Position numbers and translations under genes: made by a program | In this document: piece by piece, positions 1 through 14,114 of the stretch | Layout: the number at the start of each line of letters is the position of its first letter | How positions within the stretch are numbered: the first letter of the stretch is position 1 | Notes under the pieces: generated by a model | The model's database searches: none | Told to the model about the DNA's origin: nothing | What the model saw: the letters and a program-made list of their open reading frames with translations, nothing else | NCBI RefSeq assembly: GCF_036321535.1 | Contig: NC_087437.1 | Location: forward strand, 106,332,001 to 106,396,000 | Reading direction: 5' to 3' | DNA from: Camelus dromedarius | Lineage: Eukaryota | Length of the DNA: 64,000 nt

Positions 1-336
1 GTCTTGCAGGCACATATTTCCTTACACAGAAAAGTGATGTTGAGCAAGGCCTGGCAGTTCAAGTACATCGCAATTGAGAGGGACAGATAGAGTGACTTCT
101 GTAACATAAGTAAGAAACGAACATAAAGTGTAAGGCAGAAGAAACCAACCTACAAGCTAGTAAAAATAAGATATAAATGTGAAAATAAAAAGATATTTCT
201 TCCCTTAGCCTTAGTGACAATATTATTTGACCAGATTAAATAGCAGGAGAGGGAAACTTGTTTTTAATCCTTTGGGAAATTTTTGTGTATGTTTGCATGT
301 GGGGAGAATATCACATTAGAATAATTTCTTATAAAC

Positions 337-610
337 AGACTTGTAGACATAGAATACAAACTTGTGTTTGCCAAGGGGACGGGGGTGGGAAGGGACAGAT
401 TGGGATTTCAAAATGTAGACTAGATAAACAGGATTATACTGTATAGCACAGGAAAATATATACAAGATCTTGTGGTAGCTCAGCAAAAAAAAAAATGTGA
501 CAATGAATATATGTATGTTCATGTATAACTGAAAAATTGTGCTCTATGCTGGAATTTGACACAACATTGTAAAATAACTATAATTCAATAAAAAAAAAAG
601 TTTAAAAAAA
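337..610 (+). mobile_element. 5'-truncated L1 3' end with poly(A) tail and 19-bp TSD
   Basis: L1 3' UTR motifs (acatagaatacaaacttgtg...tactgtatagcacagg...caacattgtaaa...caataaaaaaa). Perfect TSD agaataatttcttataaac at 318-336 and 611-629. Near-identical fragments at 2563 and 27503. Confidence 0.9.
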
Positions 611-672
611 AGAATAATTTCTTATAAACTTGTTACTCTATTACTTCTAATGTTTAATAGCTGACAAGGAAG

Positions 673-1304
673 TGATGCAGAAAAAACATGGGGCGTGAGG
701 AGGGCCGTGTCCTGGGTCTCTGTTGAGCCCCTGGGATGTGCCCCGCCTAGTGTAGGTCCTTGGCTTTGTGCAAGAAAGAATTTAAGAGCGAGCCACTGTT
801 GAGTAAAAGTAGATTTATTTAGAGAGATACATACTTACTGCCTAGAGTGTAAGGCAAGAGAAAGGGCACAAGTTGTGGAGGTTGGGTGCTCAGGTTAAAG
901 AAAAAGTATAGGCTGAGTAGACAGAGTGCGGGCCGTCTCCAAAGGGAAGGGAGCAAGTGAGGCGGCCACGAGGCGCCATGTTGCCAGTTTTTATGGGCTC
1001 AGTAGCTTCCTGCCTACAAGTGGGAGGACTATTCCAGCTACCCTGGAAAAGGGGCTGGGATTCCCAGAAATTTGGCCACCACCGACTCTTTGACCTTCTG
1101 TGGTTAGCCTTGGGACTGTCATGGTGTCTGTGGGTATGTTATTTATCATTCTAATATGTTACATTAAGCATATAATGAAGCTCAACTTCTACTAGAAGTC
1201 ATCTTAATCCTCAAGGCCTTCTGGGAGTTGAATCTTCCACCATTTTGTTGTTAATTGCCGTCATTTCTTGAATGGCTGTACCCTGCCCCCTCCCTCCTGT
1301 CTCA
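673..1304 (-). mobile_element. ERV1-class solo LTR
   Basis: TG...CA termini (tgatgcag...ctgtctca) and a 4-bp TSD gaag on both sides. AATAAA on the minus strand (+ tttatt near 814). A second copy of the family is at 32082-32711. Confidence 0.85.
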
Positions 1305-1403
1305 GAAGCTGGTGAGAATTTTGCCAGGGTAAAAGTTTTATAGATAACAGTATCCTCAAAATTCAATGTTTTCATTACTGTTTTAATGTTTATCTCTTTG
1401 GAT

Positions 1404-1879
1404 TGTATACTAGTTTCTTATGGCTTAAAACAACCCAAATTTGTTACAGTTTTGGTGGTTTGGAAGTGTGACACAGGTCACACTGGGCTAAAATGAGGGG
1501 GTCAAGAGCGTTGTGTTCCTTCTTGGTGGCACTCAGAAAGAATCTATTTCCTTGCATTTTACCAGATTCAAGAGACCACACACATTCCTTGGCTTATGGC
1601 CCCTTCCTCCATCTTCAAAGGCAGTAATGTTGCATCACTTGGTCCTTTTATTCTGTAGGCACAGCTCCCTCCAATTCCAGCTGGGAAAAATTCTCTGCCT
1701 TAAGGATGTATGAGATTATATTGGACCCACTCAAATAATGCAGGATAATCTCCTAACCTCAAAGTCATTGAGTTAATCATACCTGTAAAATTCCTTTGCC
1801 ATATACTGCAACATATTAACAGGTTCTAGGAAATAGAACATTGGCGTCTTTCGGGGGTGGAGTTACTCTGCCTACCACA
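1404..1879 (-). mobile_element. MaLR LTR (MLT1-type)
   Basis: Typical MLT1 motifs: tggcttaaaacaac, cactgggctaaaat, cacattccttggct...ccatcttcaaag, ending ctgcctaccaca. Boundaries approximate. Confidence 0.7.
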
Positions 1880-2376
1880 AGTTGGCTACAGATTTCATAG
1901 TCCGTCTTATCCATTTTCTCACCAGTGTCACTGAAAAAAATTTTTTAATGTGAAGCCATGGAGAAGCTTGTAGCAAATTAGAATTTCATGATCCCTTGCA
2001 TTGATGAAAAAAAAAGATTCAGAATTAAGTAAAGGATTAAGTTAAATTGGAATTCCCCTTCCAGATGTTATTTAAATCATCTCGTCTGATAGCCTCAGGG
2101 TATTACTGATGTTGAATCATTTGATTCCTCATTTTAATCTTTCCTTGAATTAATTTTTTTTTATAATTAATAATTTCTATAATTTTTTTCTTCTCTACTT
2201 CGGCTTGGAATATATACAATTGTCATGGCTAATAGGAGGATTTGGGTTTTCAGTCCATTACTGGAAGATACTTTTTTGAATTATCAGACCAAAAAGATTA
2301 GGGAAGATACACTTCTGGTAAGATCTTCCCAGGTTTAGAAAACCATGACCCTCAGGAGAGGAAAAGGTGGTTAAGA

Positions 2377-2503
2377 GGGGAGGGTACAGCTCAGTGGTAG
2401 AGTGCATGCTTAGCATGCAGGAGGTCCTGGGTTCAATTCCTAGTACTTCCACTAAGTAAATAAATAAACCTAATTACTTCCCCTCCCCAAACCCTGAGAA
2501 AAA
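2377..2503 (+). mobile_element. Vic-1-type tRNA-Ala-derived SINE
   Basis: ggggagggtacagctcagtggtagagtgcatgcttagcatgc...gggttcaattcc, then a (taaa)n-cctaattac tail. Degenerate TSD aaaaggtggtta/aaaagatggtta. Confidence 0.9.
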
Positions 2504-2562
2504 AAGATGGTTAGAGGCAGGAAATTAGGGACTCTCTTTAGAGAAAGAAAGGGTCATTCAAT

Positions 2563-2762
2563 CAAAATTGTAGAATAGATAAACAAGATTATACTGTATA
2601 GCACAGGGAAATATATACATGATCTTATGGTAGCTCACAGCGAAAAAAATGTGACAATGAATATATGTATGTTCACGTATAACTGAAAAATTGTGCTCTA
2701 CACTGGAATTTGACACAACATTGTAAAATGATTATAAATCAATAAAAAATGTTAAATAAAAA
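2563..2762 (+). mobile_element. 5'-truncated L1 3' end with 15-bp TSD
   Basis: Same L1 3' UTR as at 337-610, A-rich tail, and perfect TSD aaagggtcattcaat at 2548-2562 and 2763-2777. Confidence 0.9.
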
Positions 2763-2780
2763 AAAGGGTCATTCAATAAT

Positions 2781-3115
2781 CTAGAGCAACACTATCCGAT
2801 AGAAATATAATGCAGCACACAGGTAGTTTAAAACTCTTTAGCAGCTGAATTAAAATAAAAAGGAATAGGTGAAATCAATTTTATTATATATCTAAATTAT
2901 CATTTCAACATGTAATCAATGTAAGAAATTTTTGATGAGATTTTTAAATTCTTTTCTTCATATAAGACATTTGGGATCTGCTGTGCACGTTACATGTGTA
3001 GCACACCTGAAGGCAGACTAGCTGTATTTCTTTTTTTTTTTTTTTTTAGACTAGCTATATTTCAAGTGCTCACCAGCCATATGTGACTGCTAGATTCTAC
3101 TGCACTGGACAGAGC
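2781..3115. mobile_element. MER3/MER33-like hAT-Charlie DNA element remnant
   Basis: tccgatagaaatataatgc...atttcaacatgtaatcaat...atttcaagtgctcaccagccatatgtgact...ctggacag resembles MER33/MER3 by recall. Confidence 0.6.
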
Positions 3116-3879
3116 CAAGTAGGAGCTTCTCTTATTTAAGAAGCACCTTTGAGGAACCTTGTTCACTGAGTCATTCAAGCATTCTCTACTCTTACTCAGA
3201 AACATTCAAATACTTGACCCCCTTAGAGCATATGGCGATCACTACTGTCTCTCTCTCTCTCCCACAGCCTTCTCCCTTGCCAACATCCTCTAGAGAAGCA
3301 GGAAGACAAGCACTCACTCTCCTAGTCTTCTCTGCCCCTGGAGGTGGCGATTTGACACTCTTCCGGTGCATGAGATGTCAGAATAATTATGATCAAGGGT
3401 CTCTGGAAGCTGGTGCTGCCCCTTCTTCCTTCTAGATGCTCTGAATGCAGTCCCTAGAACTGTAACATCCCGGAGAATCTTCAAGACACATCCCCTGACA
3501 CCATTAAATACCTGAACGAATGCTCACAGCCACCAACCCCCACTCCATTTCTTTCAATTGAAACAAACAAACAAAATCAATCCTTATTTATTTAAGGCAT
3601 TGCTGGTGGATTTCTCTTTGACATGCATCTTATTTCATCCCTAAGTGATGGAAACCACTCTCTGGCTTCTGCTTGGCACAGACTGCTCTTCTCCTTTGCC
3701 CTTGGCTTCCTGCTAGTTCTGACAATGAGGGCACTAGAAGAGGACTGAGAAGTGAGGAGAAGGAAAAAAGGCTCCCTTTTTCTTTCTTTCTTTTTTTTTT
3801 TTGCTCCAATTAGGATCATCCTGAAATGCCTCGGGTGGTTTTTATTTCCTGACTGAACACTGATGTATAAAACCTCTGC

Positions 3880-5080
3880 TGTCTCTTCTCCATGTGGCAG
3901 GCAGAATAATAATTTTAAAACATAAGTCAGATCATATCTACAATGGCTTCTGGTGCCAGTAAAAATAAAATTCAGAGTCCCTGCTCCAGCCTCCGAGGTC
4001 CTGCATCGTGTGCCTTCGTGCTCCCTCCCTGACCTTGCACTCTACCATCCTCCCCTGGCGTACTCAGTCCAACCACTCAGGTCTCCTTTGTCTTTCAAGT
4101 CAAGCCAGCCTGACGTGTGCCGCCCTCACCAGCCCTGCCCTGGCTTCTTCCTCTGCCTGGAACTGTCTTCTCCCAGCTCCTCACCTGGCTCCAGTCCTCA
4201 CTTGCTTCAGTTCTCTGCTCAAATGTCATCTTATTAGCAAGGACTTCCCTCAGCCCCCTTTTACAGCACACCTCTCCGTCACTCTTGATCTGCTCCATTT
4301 TCTCCCACCAGCGCTTCCTCCCCCCTGATGTTTCCTGTGCTTAGTAGTTTATTTATTACTTGTCCTTCCCAACTAGAACAAAACTCCGTAAGGGCAGAGC
4401 TTTGACTATTTCATTAATTGCTTTAACCCATGATTTGGAACAGTTCTTGAGGTAGGCATCACAGGAACAGGATCAGGTGGGAAGTGAAGGGAGATAATAT
4501 TAGTTTTGAATATGGTGAGTTTCCAGTTGCTTGTTGGATAGTCCTGTGGACATGCCTTGCTGACAGCTGAGGACGTATGGGATGTATGACTCTGGAGATA
4601 ATGAAGATGAAGTTAGCTGAATTAGATTTGATTCAAGCCATGAGTTTAGAGAACAGAACGTCAAGGAAGGGTTTATAGAAAGATAAGAGAGTCAAGATTA
4701 AATTGCCCAAGACACAAATATCAAAGAAAGATACAAGACGGGCTTGGCAAGGAGATTAAGAATGAGGGTCAAAATGGAGGGAAGTGGTGACTCTGAATGC
4801 ATGAGAGGAGAAATTGTCTAGGGGAAAATGACAAAATGCCTCAGTGAGGTCAAGAGAGATCCCAACTAACACTGTCCTTTGGGTTTGGTGTCTAAGAGAC
4901 TCGGTCAATGCTGGTGGGAGGGGAGATTTTGTGGAATGAGTGAATGAGAGTTTTTGGAGAGCCACGTTGCCATGGATTGAGGAGTAAACAAGAGATGGGG
5001 GACTACGGGCTTCTCTTTCAAGAAGAATCTCTTTGAAAGGAGGAGAGAGATTTTCTAAGTAAAGGAGAGATTGGGCTGAA
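3880..5080. mobile_element. Old L2 fragments
   Basis: L2-like motifs such as cataagtcagatcat, ctgcctggaactgtcttct, ctgctcaaatgtca, agttttgaatatggtgagttt. Heavily diverged, boundaries rough. Confidence 0.55.
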
Positions 5081-6118
5081 AGAAAATTGCACTTTTTTTT
5101 CCCCTTCAAGATGAGAGCTCTTTGGACATGTCAACAGCACTGGAAATGAGCAAGTGTTGCTGAGGGCAGAGGTCAGGGCGACTCCAGAGGCCCCTGCAAT
5201 CTGCTTGGGGACCATTTCCAGGCTCAGTGTTGAGCAAATCTGGGTCCACAGAGGCATCTTTGCTGTGTCTTTGGCACCAGTGATGGTGGAATAATCCTAC
5301 TGAGGAAATGTTCTTTTGAGACATGTGTTCAAAGAGCCTTTGGACCCTCCTGTTGTTTTTTGAGGCAGGGCTGACCCCTGAGCCCTTTGTTTCTGGGTAG
5401 AGCCCATCCCTCTCTCCAATTTTGCAGATACGGTGTCTAAATTATTTGCAAACACTCATATATTCCTCTTTTTATGTCCTCCCTCTAAGCTCCAGGCCGC
5501 ATGATCAAATAAGATCCTTGGAACGAACAGATTGCTGTAACCCAGAATCCTCCAAGATAAATATGCAAACCAAGTTCAAATAACTATCAGAGTGGAGGTT
5601 AATAAAAATTTTTTAAAGGGTGAACCTTGTTTTGTTTTAAACTATTGGATATCCTTATCCAATTTGAAACTTGATAACTGTCTTACCCTTTTTAGTGAAT
5701 ATTGCTGATATGCACTGATACATAGTACGCCATGAGTGCATAATAATTTCACAAATCCATAGTGGTGAGAGAAGTCTCTGTAGAACGTATTGTTCACTGG
5801 TGACCTGAGGCCGAAGGACTGGTGAGTGTAGTAAAAATCGGTCTGTTGGAGGGGTCGGTTGGCCCCCACTTTTTCTTTGGGCTCCTGCAACCACATTTTT
5901 GTGTGTGTTGGCATAAAAACAGAGAGGGTATATGCATGAGCTTACTGGTTTGTCAGTAATTACATAAGAGAGCTCTACTTTTCATGAGAGTAATAACAAT
6001 TCCTTCTGAGAACTCTGATGGGAATGAAAACCAGCTTAAAGGAAAAAGCAAACAAACAAAAAACAAACAAAAAAACAAAACCCAGACATCAAATTTTGAA
6101 GCAATGCCTAGTAGAAAG

Positions 6119-6603
6119 TGTATTCGTTTGCTAGATATGCTGTAACAAATTACCACAGACGGGGTAGCTTAGAGGAACAGAAATGTTTTCTCTTACAATG
6201 ATGGAGGCTGGAAGTCCAAAACCAAGATGTCAGCAAGGTTGTTCTCTTTGGAGGCTCTGAAGGAGAATCTATCCCTTGCCTTGCTCCCAGCTTCTGATGG
6301 TTGCCATCAAGCCCTGGTGTTCCTTGGCGTGTAACTTGATCACCCCAGACTCTGCCTATGGTATCTCATTGTGTTCTCCCTGCATGTCTCTGTGTCTCTG
6401 TGTGTCTCTGTGTCTCTGTGTCTTCACATGGCCTTCTTATAAGGAGACCTGTCATTGGAATTAGGGCCCACCTTAATCCAATGTGACCTCATCTCAGCTT
6501 GATGACATGTACAGGCTCTATTTCCAGATAGATTTGCATCCACTTGTACCAGAGGCTGGGACTTTGACATATCTTGTTTGGAGACTCAATACAACCAACA
6601 ACA
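6119..6603 (-). mobile_element. MaLR LTR (MLT1B/C-like)
   Basis: tgtattcgtttgctag...gctgtaacaaattaccacag...ggaggctggaagtccaa...tcattggaattagggcccaccttaatccaatgtgacctcatct. Confidence 0.75.
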
Positions 6604-7777
6604 GACGGCTATCGGGAAGTAGGTATTTAGATGAGCTCAGCGGGAGCGTCCACACTTAGCGTGCAAAGAATGAACTCTGCATACTAAGTAACAAATTATG
6701 ACGTTTGTGCGTTCAAGCTTTGGCCAAAGGTGGGATCTCTCTGGGAAAATTAAAAAATCCTACATATTTCTTAAATCCTGAAATTTTTGGTGATAGGAAA
6801 CAGATTTGCCCCCTTTGTCTAGCACCAAGAGCACTCACTTTTCCCTTAAGATTGGGCAAGTATGGCCTGGAAACTGGAAAGCCCAGTGGAAATCACTCTT
6901 AAAATTCCACAGACCACTTAAAATAAGTCAAAATTGTAGCTATTTTCAATACACTGTACCTTGAGAGAGTAGCATCTCCTGAATCAGAATATCTAGCTCT
7001 CAGATTGCCTGATTTTTTATGTGCACTGGGGCTACAGAGGCGTATTCTTAATGGACCACCCCAACCCCATGGTACCTGGGATTCTTTATATTTCGTATAG
7101 CTTATTTCAGGAAATTTGCATTTGTGTGACTTACATGATGAATAGTATTCTGAGTATTAAGGTCTTTCAAAATAAACCGAATATTTCTTCTTTCCTCACA
7201 ATTAGGATGATTTGGCTCTCAGAGTTATGCATTATAGGTTTCCTGTGGGTGCATCTTATTCTATGATTTTTAAATTTTTGCATTATCATGTATCTGTGTT
7301 ATTATTTTCCTTGAGTTCAAAGATGTCACAGCAGACAGAACCCTTTCCTGAACTGAATTTCTCTCACTGGGGACCTGCCTGTTTTGAAGCTAGCTAGGAC
7401 TAACCATCTTCACCATACCAACTGTCACAAACAAATTCAATTTCCTAAATTCCAACAGATTGGCAGATCGGGGGAGCAGTCCCTTGAAAGGAGATTTCTC
7501 AGTATCAGTCTTTTCCCCTTATGTCTGTGCTCAGAAATTCCAATTAAAACATTTTGGGAAGCAGAGAAAATCGGTAAGTAAAGGAATTAAATTGTGCTTC
7601 TCACGTTCCCCTTTCAATCTGATCTGTATTCTGATGAAAGTTAGGACTTGGTCCCTATTACCTTAAGGCTCTGTGTGTGCAGAGCAGTGAGCTAGGCTCT
7701 GAAGTGTCCTGTCCTCAGGGACCTTATCTCAGTTCCCAAGAATAAACCAGTGGCAGGAACAGCAGAATGTTGGGGAG

Positions 7778-8452
7778 TGTGTTAGTTTCCTTTTGCTGCT
7801 GTAAAAATACCACAAATTTGGTGGATTAAAAATAATTACTTTAATTATCAGATATGCACTATCATATATAAAATAGAAAAAAACCCCAAGGATTTACTGT
7901 ATAGCAGGGAAATATATTCAGTATCTTGTAATGACCTATATTGGAAAAGAATCTGAAAAAGGATAAAAGGGTATATATAAATACATATATATCTAAATCA
8001 CTTTGCTGTACCCCTGAAACTAACACACTATTGTAAATCAACTATGCTTCAGTAAAAAAATATCTTACAGTTCTGGATATGGGTCTTATTGGCTTTTAAT
8101 AGAGGATTGGCATGACTGGATTCTCTCTGGAAGGTTCTAGAGGAGAGTTGGTTTTCTTGCCCTTTCCAGCTCTGGAGACTGACTGCCCCACATTCCTTGG
8201 CTCATGTTCGACTTTCCTCTTCAAAGCCATTAAATGCTGGTCAAGTCTTTCTCACGTCTCATCTTTTTCTGCCTCCTTCTTCCATTTTTGTGATTACCTG
8301 GACCCACCCAGGTAATCCAGGGTAGCTCTATTTTAAGGCCAGCTGTTTAGCAACCTTAATTCCATTTGCCATCTTAATTCCCTTTCTGTGACTTAACCTA
8401 ACATGTCCGTAGGTTCTGGGGATTTGAACGTGGACATCTTTGGGGGCAAATA
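7778..8452 (-). mobile_element. MaLR LTR (MLT1-type) interrupted by a plus-strand L1 3' fragment (~7845-8060)
   Basis: The MLT1 start tgtgttagtttcc...gctgtaaaaataccacaaa resumes at tcttacagttctgg after an L1 3' end (tactgtatagcaggg...cccctgaaactaacac...aaaaaaa). Confidence 0.7.
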
Positions 8453-9129
8453 TATGCCAGGGTCAGTTATGTGTCCTCTTCAAATCAAAAAGATAGGAGT
8501 CTTTGTCCAGAACTGCCCTGCTTAGTAAATACATTTTACTGAGTTATTCTGGTGCTAGGTGGAGTGAGAGACAACTCAAATCTCAAGCTGTACACAGTTG
8601 TCCCCTTATTGTTCATCTCCACCACCCTCCCCTAAATCTGAGTGTGGAATTGTAAGTCTTTTCCTTTAGCTGATCAAGCTTTGATTTTAATTAGCGAACC
8701 TAAAAATATTGAGGGTGTCAAGTGGAAATCTGATTAATTCTTAGAAGTAGTTTTGACCCATTCAGATAGAAACGGACAGTGGAAAAAAAGTCCTTTCAAA
8801 TGCATTGCAGGAGAATATGGGAGTGCAGTAATCACATCCTTTGTATGTGTAATACTCTTTTTGTAAAGATCGCCAATTGTTTTCTTATATATAATTTGAT
8901 TTCTCTTTCTGTGGTAGGTCCCCTGTAGACATACCTGCCCAGCACATATCCTGCCTGTTGTGTACGTGGCCGTGGACACACTCTTACCTCCCATAACCCG
9001 TTCTCAGCCCTGCTAAGTGGCCGCACACCCCATGGTCTCACCCTCTGTGGTGGTGGACACCTACTCCATGAAGCCCATTAGATTTTCAATTTAGGAACTT
9101 GAAATTGAGATTCAAAAACTCTGTCTATC

Positions 9130-9365
9130 CAACACAAAGAGCAAGCCTTAACGTAAACTATGGATTTTGGTTGATAATAATGTATGTCCATCAATGGTAA
9201 CAAGAGCGCCACGCCAGGGCAAGATGGTCGTAATGGGGGAACCATGTGGGGGGAGGGGCCGGGGTGCGCGAGGGATATGGGAACTCTCTGTACTTTCTGC
9301 TCAATTCCTCTGTAAACCTACAACTGCTCTTAAAAAAATAAAATCCATTCATTAAAAAACCCTAA
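9130..9365 (+). mobile_element. Old L1M 3' end fragment
   Basis: gtaaactatggattttggttgataat...gggatatgggaactctctgtactttctgctcaatt...tgtaaacctacaactgctct, then an A-rich tail. Confidence 0.7.
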
Positions 9366-12300
9366 AAACACTGTCAAGCCAGCTTCTCTTGAGGCTCCGG
9401 GTATGGGAGTGACTTAAATTAGGGGCTATGTGACAAATGAAAGGTGTGAGAAGCATGAAGACTGTCAGCTGTAGCAAAACATGCTTCGTGGGCAGGAGCA
9501 GATCCAATTTCTGAAGCACATGCAACGCAGGGTCCTTTTCAGGGAAAACCAACCAACCAACCCGAAAGGGAGTGTGAAGTAGAATATTTATTTGGAAGAG
9601 GCGCCGCGAGTGAGAGATCCTGAAGCTTGAGCTTCGTGAACGTTACGATAAGTCTTCCTGGGCTTATGCGTGTGGGGCGGGGGCAGGGGGTCCAAAGAAA
9701 GGAGGTCTGGAGAGGGAGGACGGAATGGATAAACACCAAGAGAGAGGCAGAGGTCAGCCTCCCAGAGAGGAGGGAGAAAGCATTTGAGCTCCTCACTCCC
9801 CATTTCTACGTTTTATTCTCTAGTGAAGCCCAGATTTGTTCCCTGTGACTGTTATCAACCGCTCACCTTTTCTGAGTTTAGGTTAGCTTGTTGGAACCAA
9901 CCAACCGGCAGACCCAGCATCCCCTGGGAAGAGGGGAGAAGGCTGTGGAAGTGGTTCCATTTTGTAGATGGCACAACCGAGACAGAAAGCAAAGTGGAGG
10001 CTTGCCCAAGGCACGCAGCTCACCCGGAGCCTGCTTCTTTGACTCCCCATGCCGGGCTCCCTCCTCTCTCTTCTGAGTGGAGTTAGCGCCTCCTGAGAGA
10101 GCCAGTGCCCTGGGATCTCATTACTCACTCCCTGCTCACACAACTCGTTCAGAGAGCCTTTGCAATTCCATCCTGTCACCACTGGAGACTGAGAAATAAT
10201 GAACTGAGAGTGAACAGGGCTAAGTGTCATCAGAAGATGACACTTCTGACAGCATGTCCAGAGGCCACTGTTCATTACAGTGGCTAATTGAGACCTTCTC
10301 TTACCTTCTACCGGAGTGATTTGCAATGAGGGTGTTTTTGAAACGTTTCCTCCGGGAAGTTCCTTTCACACTTTGATGTGATAAAGGATGCGAACAGCCT
10401 TAATTTAAGCAGAATTTGATTGTAGGTACCTTAAGCCCCAGAGTTAGGATGCAATTGGACAGTGTGGCAAAAGCCACGTTAACACACATCGGAGACTTGT
10501 TAGAAAGAGTGGTGGCCAATTTATTCTGGCGTCACCCTGGCTGGCGTGTTGTTTAATGCTGTGGTATTATTGCTAGTGCTGGCCACTGCGTATGTGCTGC
10601 TCAAATCCATGAAGGTAGTTTAATCCCATTTCACTATGTGTGTCTTGGCAGCTGCTAGCTACAGACTAAGAACAGAATCTCCACGGGGAGAGAGAGAAAC
10701 AAGTTACATGATCTTTTTCTGTGTTCTCAATGCACTGTATTTAATAGTACAAATTTAATAAATTTGAATAATAATTACATTTGAATAAAATCTCACTTTT
10801 TTTTTTTAAAGCAATCACAGTGCTTTCAGGTCAGTGTACTCACTAGCACAGAAGTCCTGAAAACAACTCTGCAAAGGAGGAAAGGGAGATGAAAGCAATG
10901 AGCGTCCAGCTGGGAAGTCGCAGACCTAGAAATTGAACTCCGGTTTCTCTGACTCTGGGTGCCTGTTGCCCATTCTCTGTTCAGCCCTCCAGCAGAGCAC
11001 CAACCAGTGCCTTCCCAAATGGGGCCCTTGAGCCCCTCGACTGCATCACTCATCTTTGCACCTGTGATCATCTCAGTGCCTAACAGGCCAATAAATGCTT
11101 CTTAAATGAATTGAACGAATGAATGAATTTTAACCCCCGCTTTGGTTGAGTTGCTCAGGCTGGCATAAAAAGTGGCCATCGGGGCATTTTGGTGTCCTCT
11201 TTTGTGCTGGAGATGCTTCTAGAAAATCAGTGCATCTCTGCACGGAGCCCCGAGTAGCCTTGGGATTTGTATCCTCCTTGGCAAGGGCCCATCTGCAGGA
11301 ATCAATGTGCGGCCTATCTAGGGGACGAAGTAGTCCAATGTCGCTGCCCCCTTTGAGGGACAGGCTGTCGGCTCCTTGTCAAGAGTGAGTAATTTGCTCT
11401 TCAGATTCCCTGCTTTGGTGCCGAGTGGTTTGGGTTTGTGGCTGAGTGAGTCAGCACTGGTTAATCAACCCTTCTCCCTGGCATCGGTGTTGTTGAATTC
11501 TTAAAATACTTTTTGTGGCTTCTTCCCTGCTTCTCTCCCATTTAGCACCTCCTACACCTTGGTAACTTCGTCTTCGGGCGCTGGTCCTTCTTCAATTTCT
11601 CCTCCACGTTCCCTTTCTGCCGCCTGATCAGTCTCTGGGGGAAAACCGCTTCTCAAGATTTCTCTGTCAAATGTTCTCCGGCAATGAGAATCTAGCTGAG
11701 TTTTCAGGTCGTTGCTATGGAGAAAGTGTGTTTTCTCCTTGTTCTATTACATGTAGGCATGTTCCTAGTCTAAAATTGAAGGATGACACTAAATTTGCTC
11801 CCCCTAAAAGAAGTCTTTCGATTATGTCAGCAAGTGTAAGTGGCTTCAGTGTGCTTTTGGGGGGCTTTATTTTTATCAGTTTTCATGTCCCCCTTTTGTT
11901 GTCCAGTATAGCAGGTGGCCTCGCATCCGTGACTGAGATACGGGACCTAATTTCCCTCTTGTGCCCACACTGCCTGTATCCTGCTGCCTTTTATGTGGGA
12001 AGATGACACTCCAGCTTTAGAGTTATTCACATAACACAGAAACGACCAGTGTGTGAAGATCACTGGTTCCTTCCATACCCCTCACTGTCTTCTGCTTCTA
12101 CTTCCAACTAGTCTTTATTGAATTAACAGCATTGAATGTTCTGACATCGGTAGACGCAAGAGCCTGACTTCTTTTTTTTTCCCAGCAGAATCCTTTCTTC
12201 AATTATATTTCTCCCATGATATTTTATACTTGGGTCAGGAAGAAGCAAGCATCTGTGCTTTTCCTTCTTTCATTTAGGTGGGCAAGTTCGGAAGATGACA

Positions 12301-13924
12301 GGAAGCTAAATTATTAGACACCATTGTACCTAATTAAGGTTTCTTTAAAAATACATATTTCATATTTATGGTAAAGAAACCTAAAAGGAGGATCAAATAA
12401 CTGAGGTGGGAGAGAGGAGCTCCGAGCACTGCATTTCTCTCCTTCCCTGTGGGGGTCCCTCAGGCACACCCAGACAGCCTCTAGGGCTTGCAGAGTGCAG
12501 ATGGAAACCTGCTTTGAAAGTCACCAAAAAAATGAGCAGCCTGCACATTCCGTCCCCTTTGGGAGCCCACAGTTGAGTGGGGAAAATGTTGTGTGTTTAA
12601 TGCACACCTAGCTGTCACACAACTTGACAGTTTCTGTGAAAGGTAAGGTGGACCCGGGGAGGTAGCCCAGTACCGTGGGTGAGACAGTGGGCATCGGAGA
12701 TGGAGTCGCAATCTTGGTTCTTCAACTCTTTCTGTGATCTTGAGAGTAAATTTGAGAACCTCTCTAAATCCCAATTTCAGATCTCTAAAATGAAAATAAT
12801 TCTAGCTACTTACTTTTCCCAGTGTTCTTAAAAGTTATGGGAAAAGAGAATAAGCCATAATGACTGTAAAGTACTTAACTCAGTGCCTGGCATATGGCAG
12901 GTGAGACAGGACTCTTGAAAATAATAGGTAATGTTGAGTGATCTCTATGCAGTAGTCACAGTGCTGGACAGAACTAGTTTCACATGAGTCATCTCAGTGT
13001 CTTTACTAAACTCGTTTGTGGGGTCTCTTATGGATAAAGACACTCAAAAACTTGCTTAATTCATTTGCGTTTCTACTCATTTATTCAACAAAGATTTGTT
13101 GAGTATCTCTCTTTTTTAAATTGAAGTACAGTCAGTTCCAATGTGTCAATTTCTGGTGTACAACACAATGTCCCAATCATGTTAAGCAACTCTTAAACGC
13201 CACACACCAGTCTAGTTCTGGGGGACATGTCAGTGATCTCTGCCCTCATATACCTGGTGTTCTGATGGAGGAAACAGATCATAAACAGGTGTATTCGTTG
13301 GAGGGCAGACCAGACAGAAGTGAGCATCAGAGATGATGCTTAGGTTTTAATGTTGATGCTTTTTTACCTGATCGTCAAGATCTGACCTGGGCTCCAGGAA
13401 TCACTCCTTCTCTATCCTCTGAGTGCCAAGATGATTAATTTTTCCTGGAGTCTTTGGCTCTGTCACATATGCCATATTTATCAAGAGCTACAATTTGAGG
13501 TCCCCACTTTGACTCTTCCAAAAGGACTTGCTTGGAGATTCTGTGCTTGTTCATGCCTCACAGATTTGGTTTATCCATCTAAGCCATTGTCAAGTGGCTT
13601 GTCCTCTGGGAAACCGCCCTAACTCCTCCAGGTCTCCCCTGCACCTTGTAATTAATCTTTGACCTTGTAATTATATGCTCACATGTCTCCTTTACTATTT
13701 TCTGTGCTCCTTGAGGGCGAGGATTATCTTCATTTATTCATGTTTATACTCTCAGAATTTAGCACACACAACACTGAGTTGTTTTAAGCTAACAAAGAAA
13801 AACACCAATAGAAGATCTATAGATATATGTCAATATATATATGTCTATAGATACATGTATCTACAGATGTCCATACTAGGGGGGAAATTACAGCTAAATC
13901 TTTCCGTATATATTTAAAAATCTT

Positions 13925-14046
13925 ATTTCTCCCTCCACCTCCCCACACCCTCTGCCTCTGGCAAACACCAATCTGTTCTCTATCTATAAGCTTTTTTTTC
14001 TTTAGGTTTCACATATAAGAGAGATCATAGAATATATATAAATATA

Positions 14047-14114
<68 letters not shown>

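Noticed and set aside
8734..8994. 86-aa minus ORF in non-repeat-looking sequence
   Set aside because: No recognisable domain, non-ATG start and no supporting exon chain. A tblastn or conservation check would be needed.
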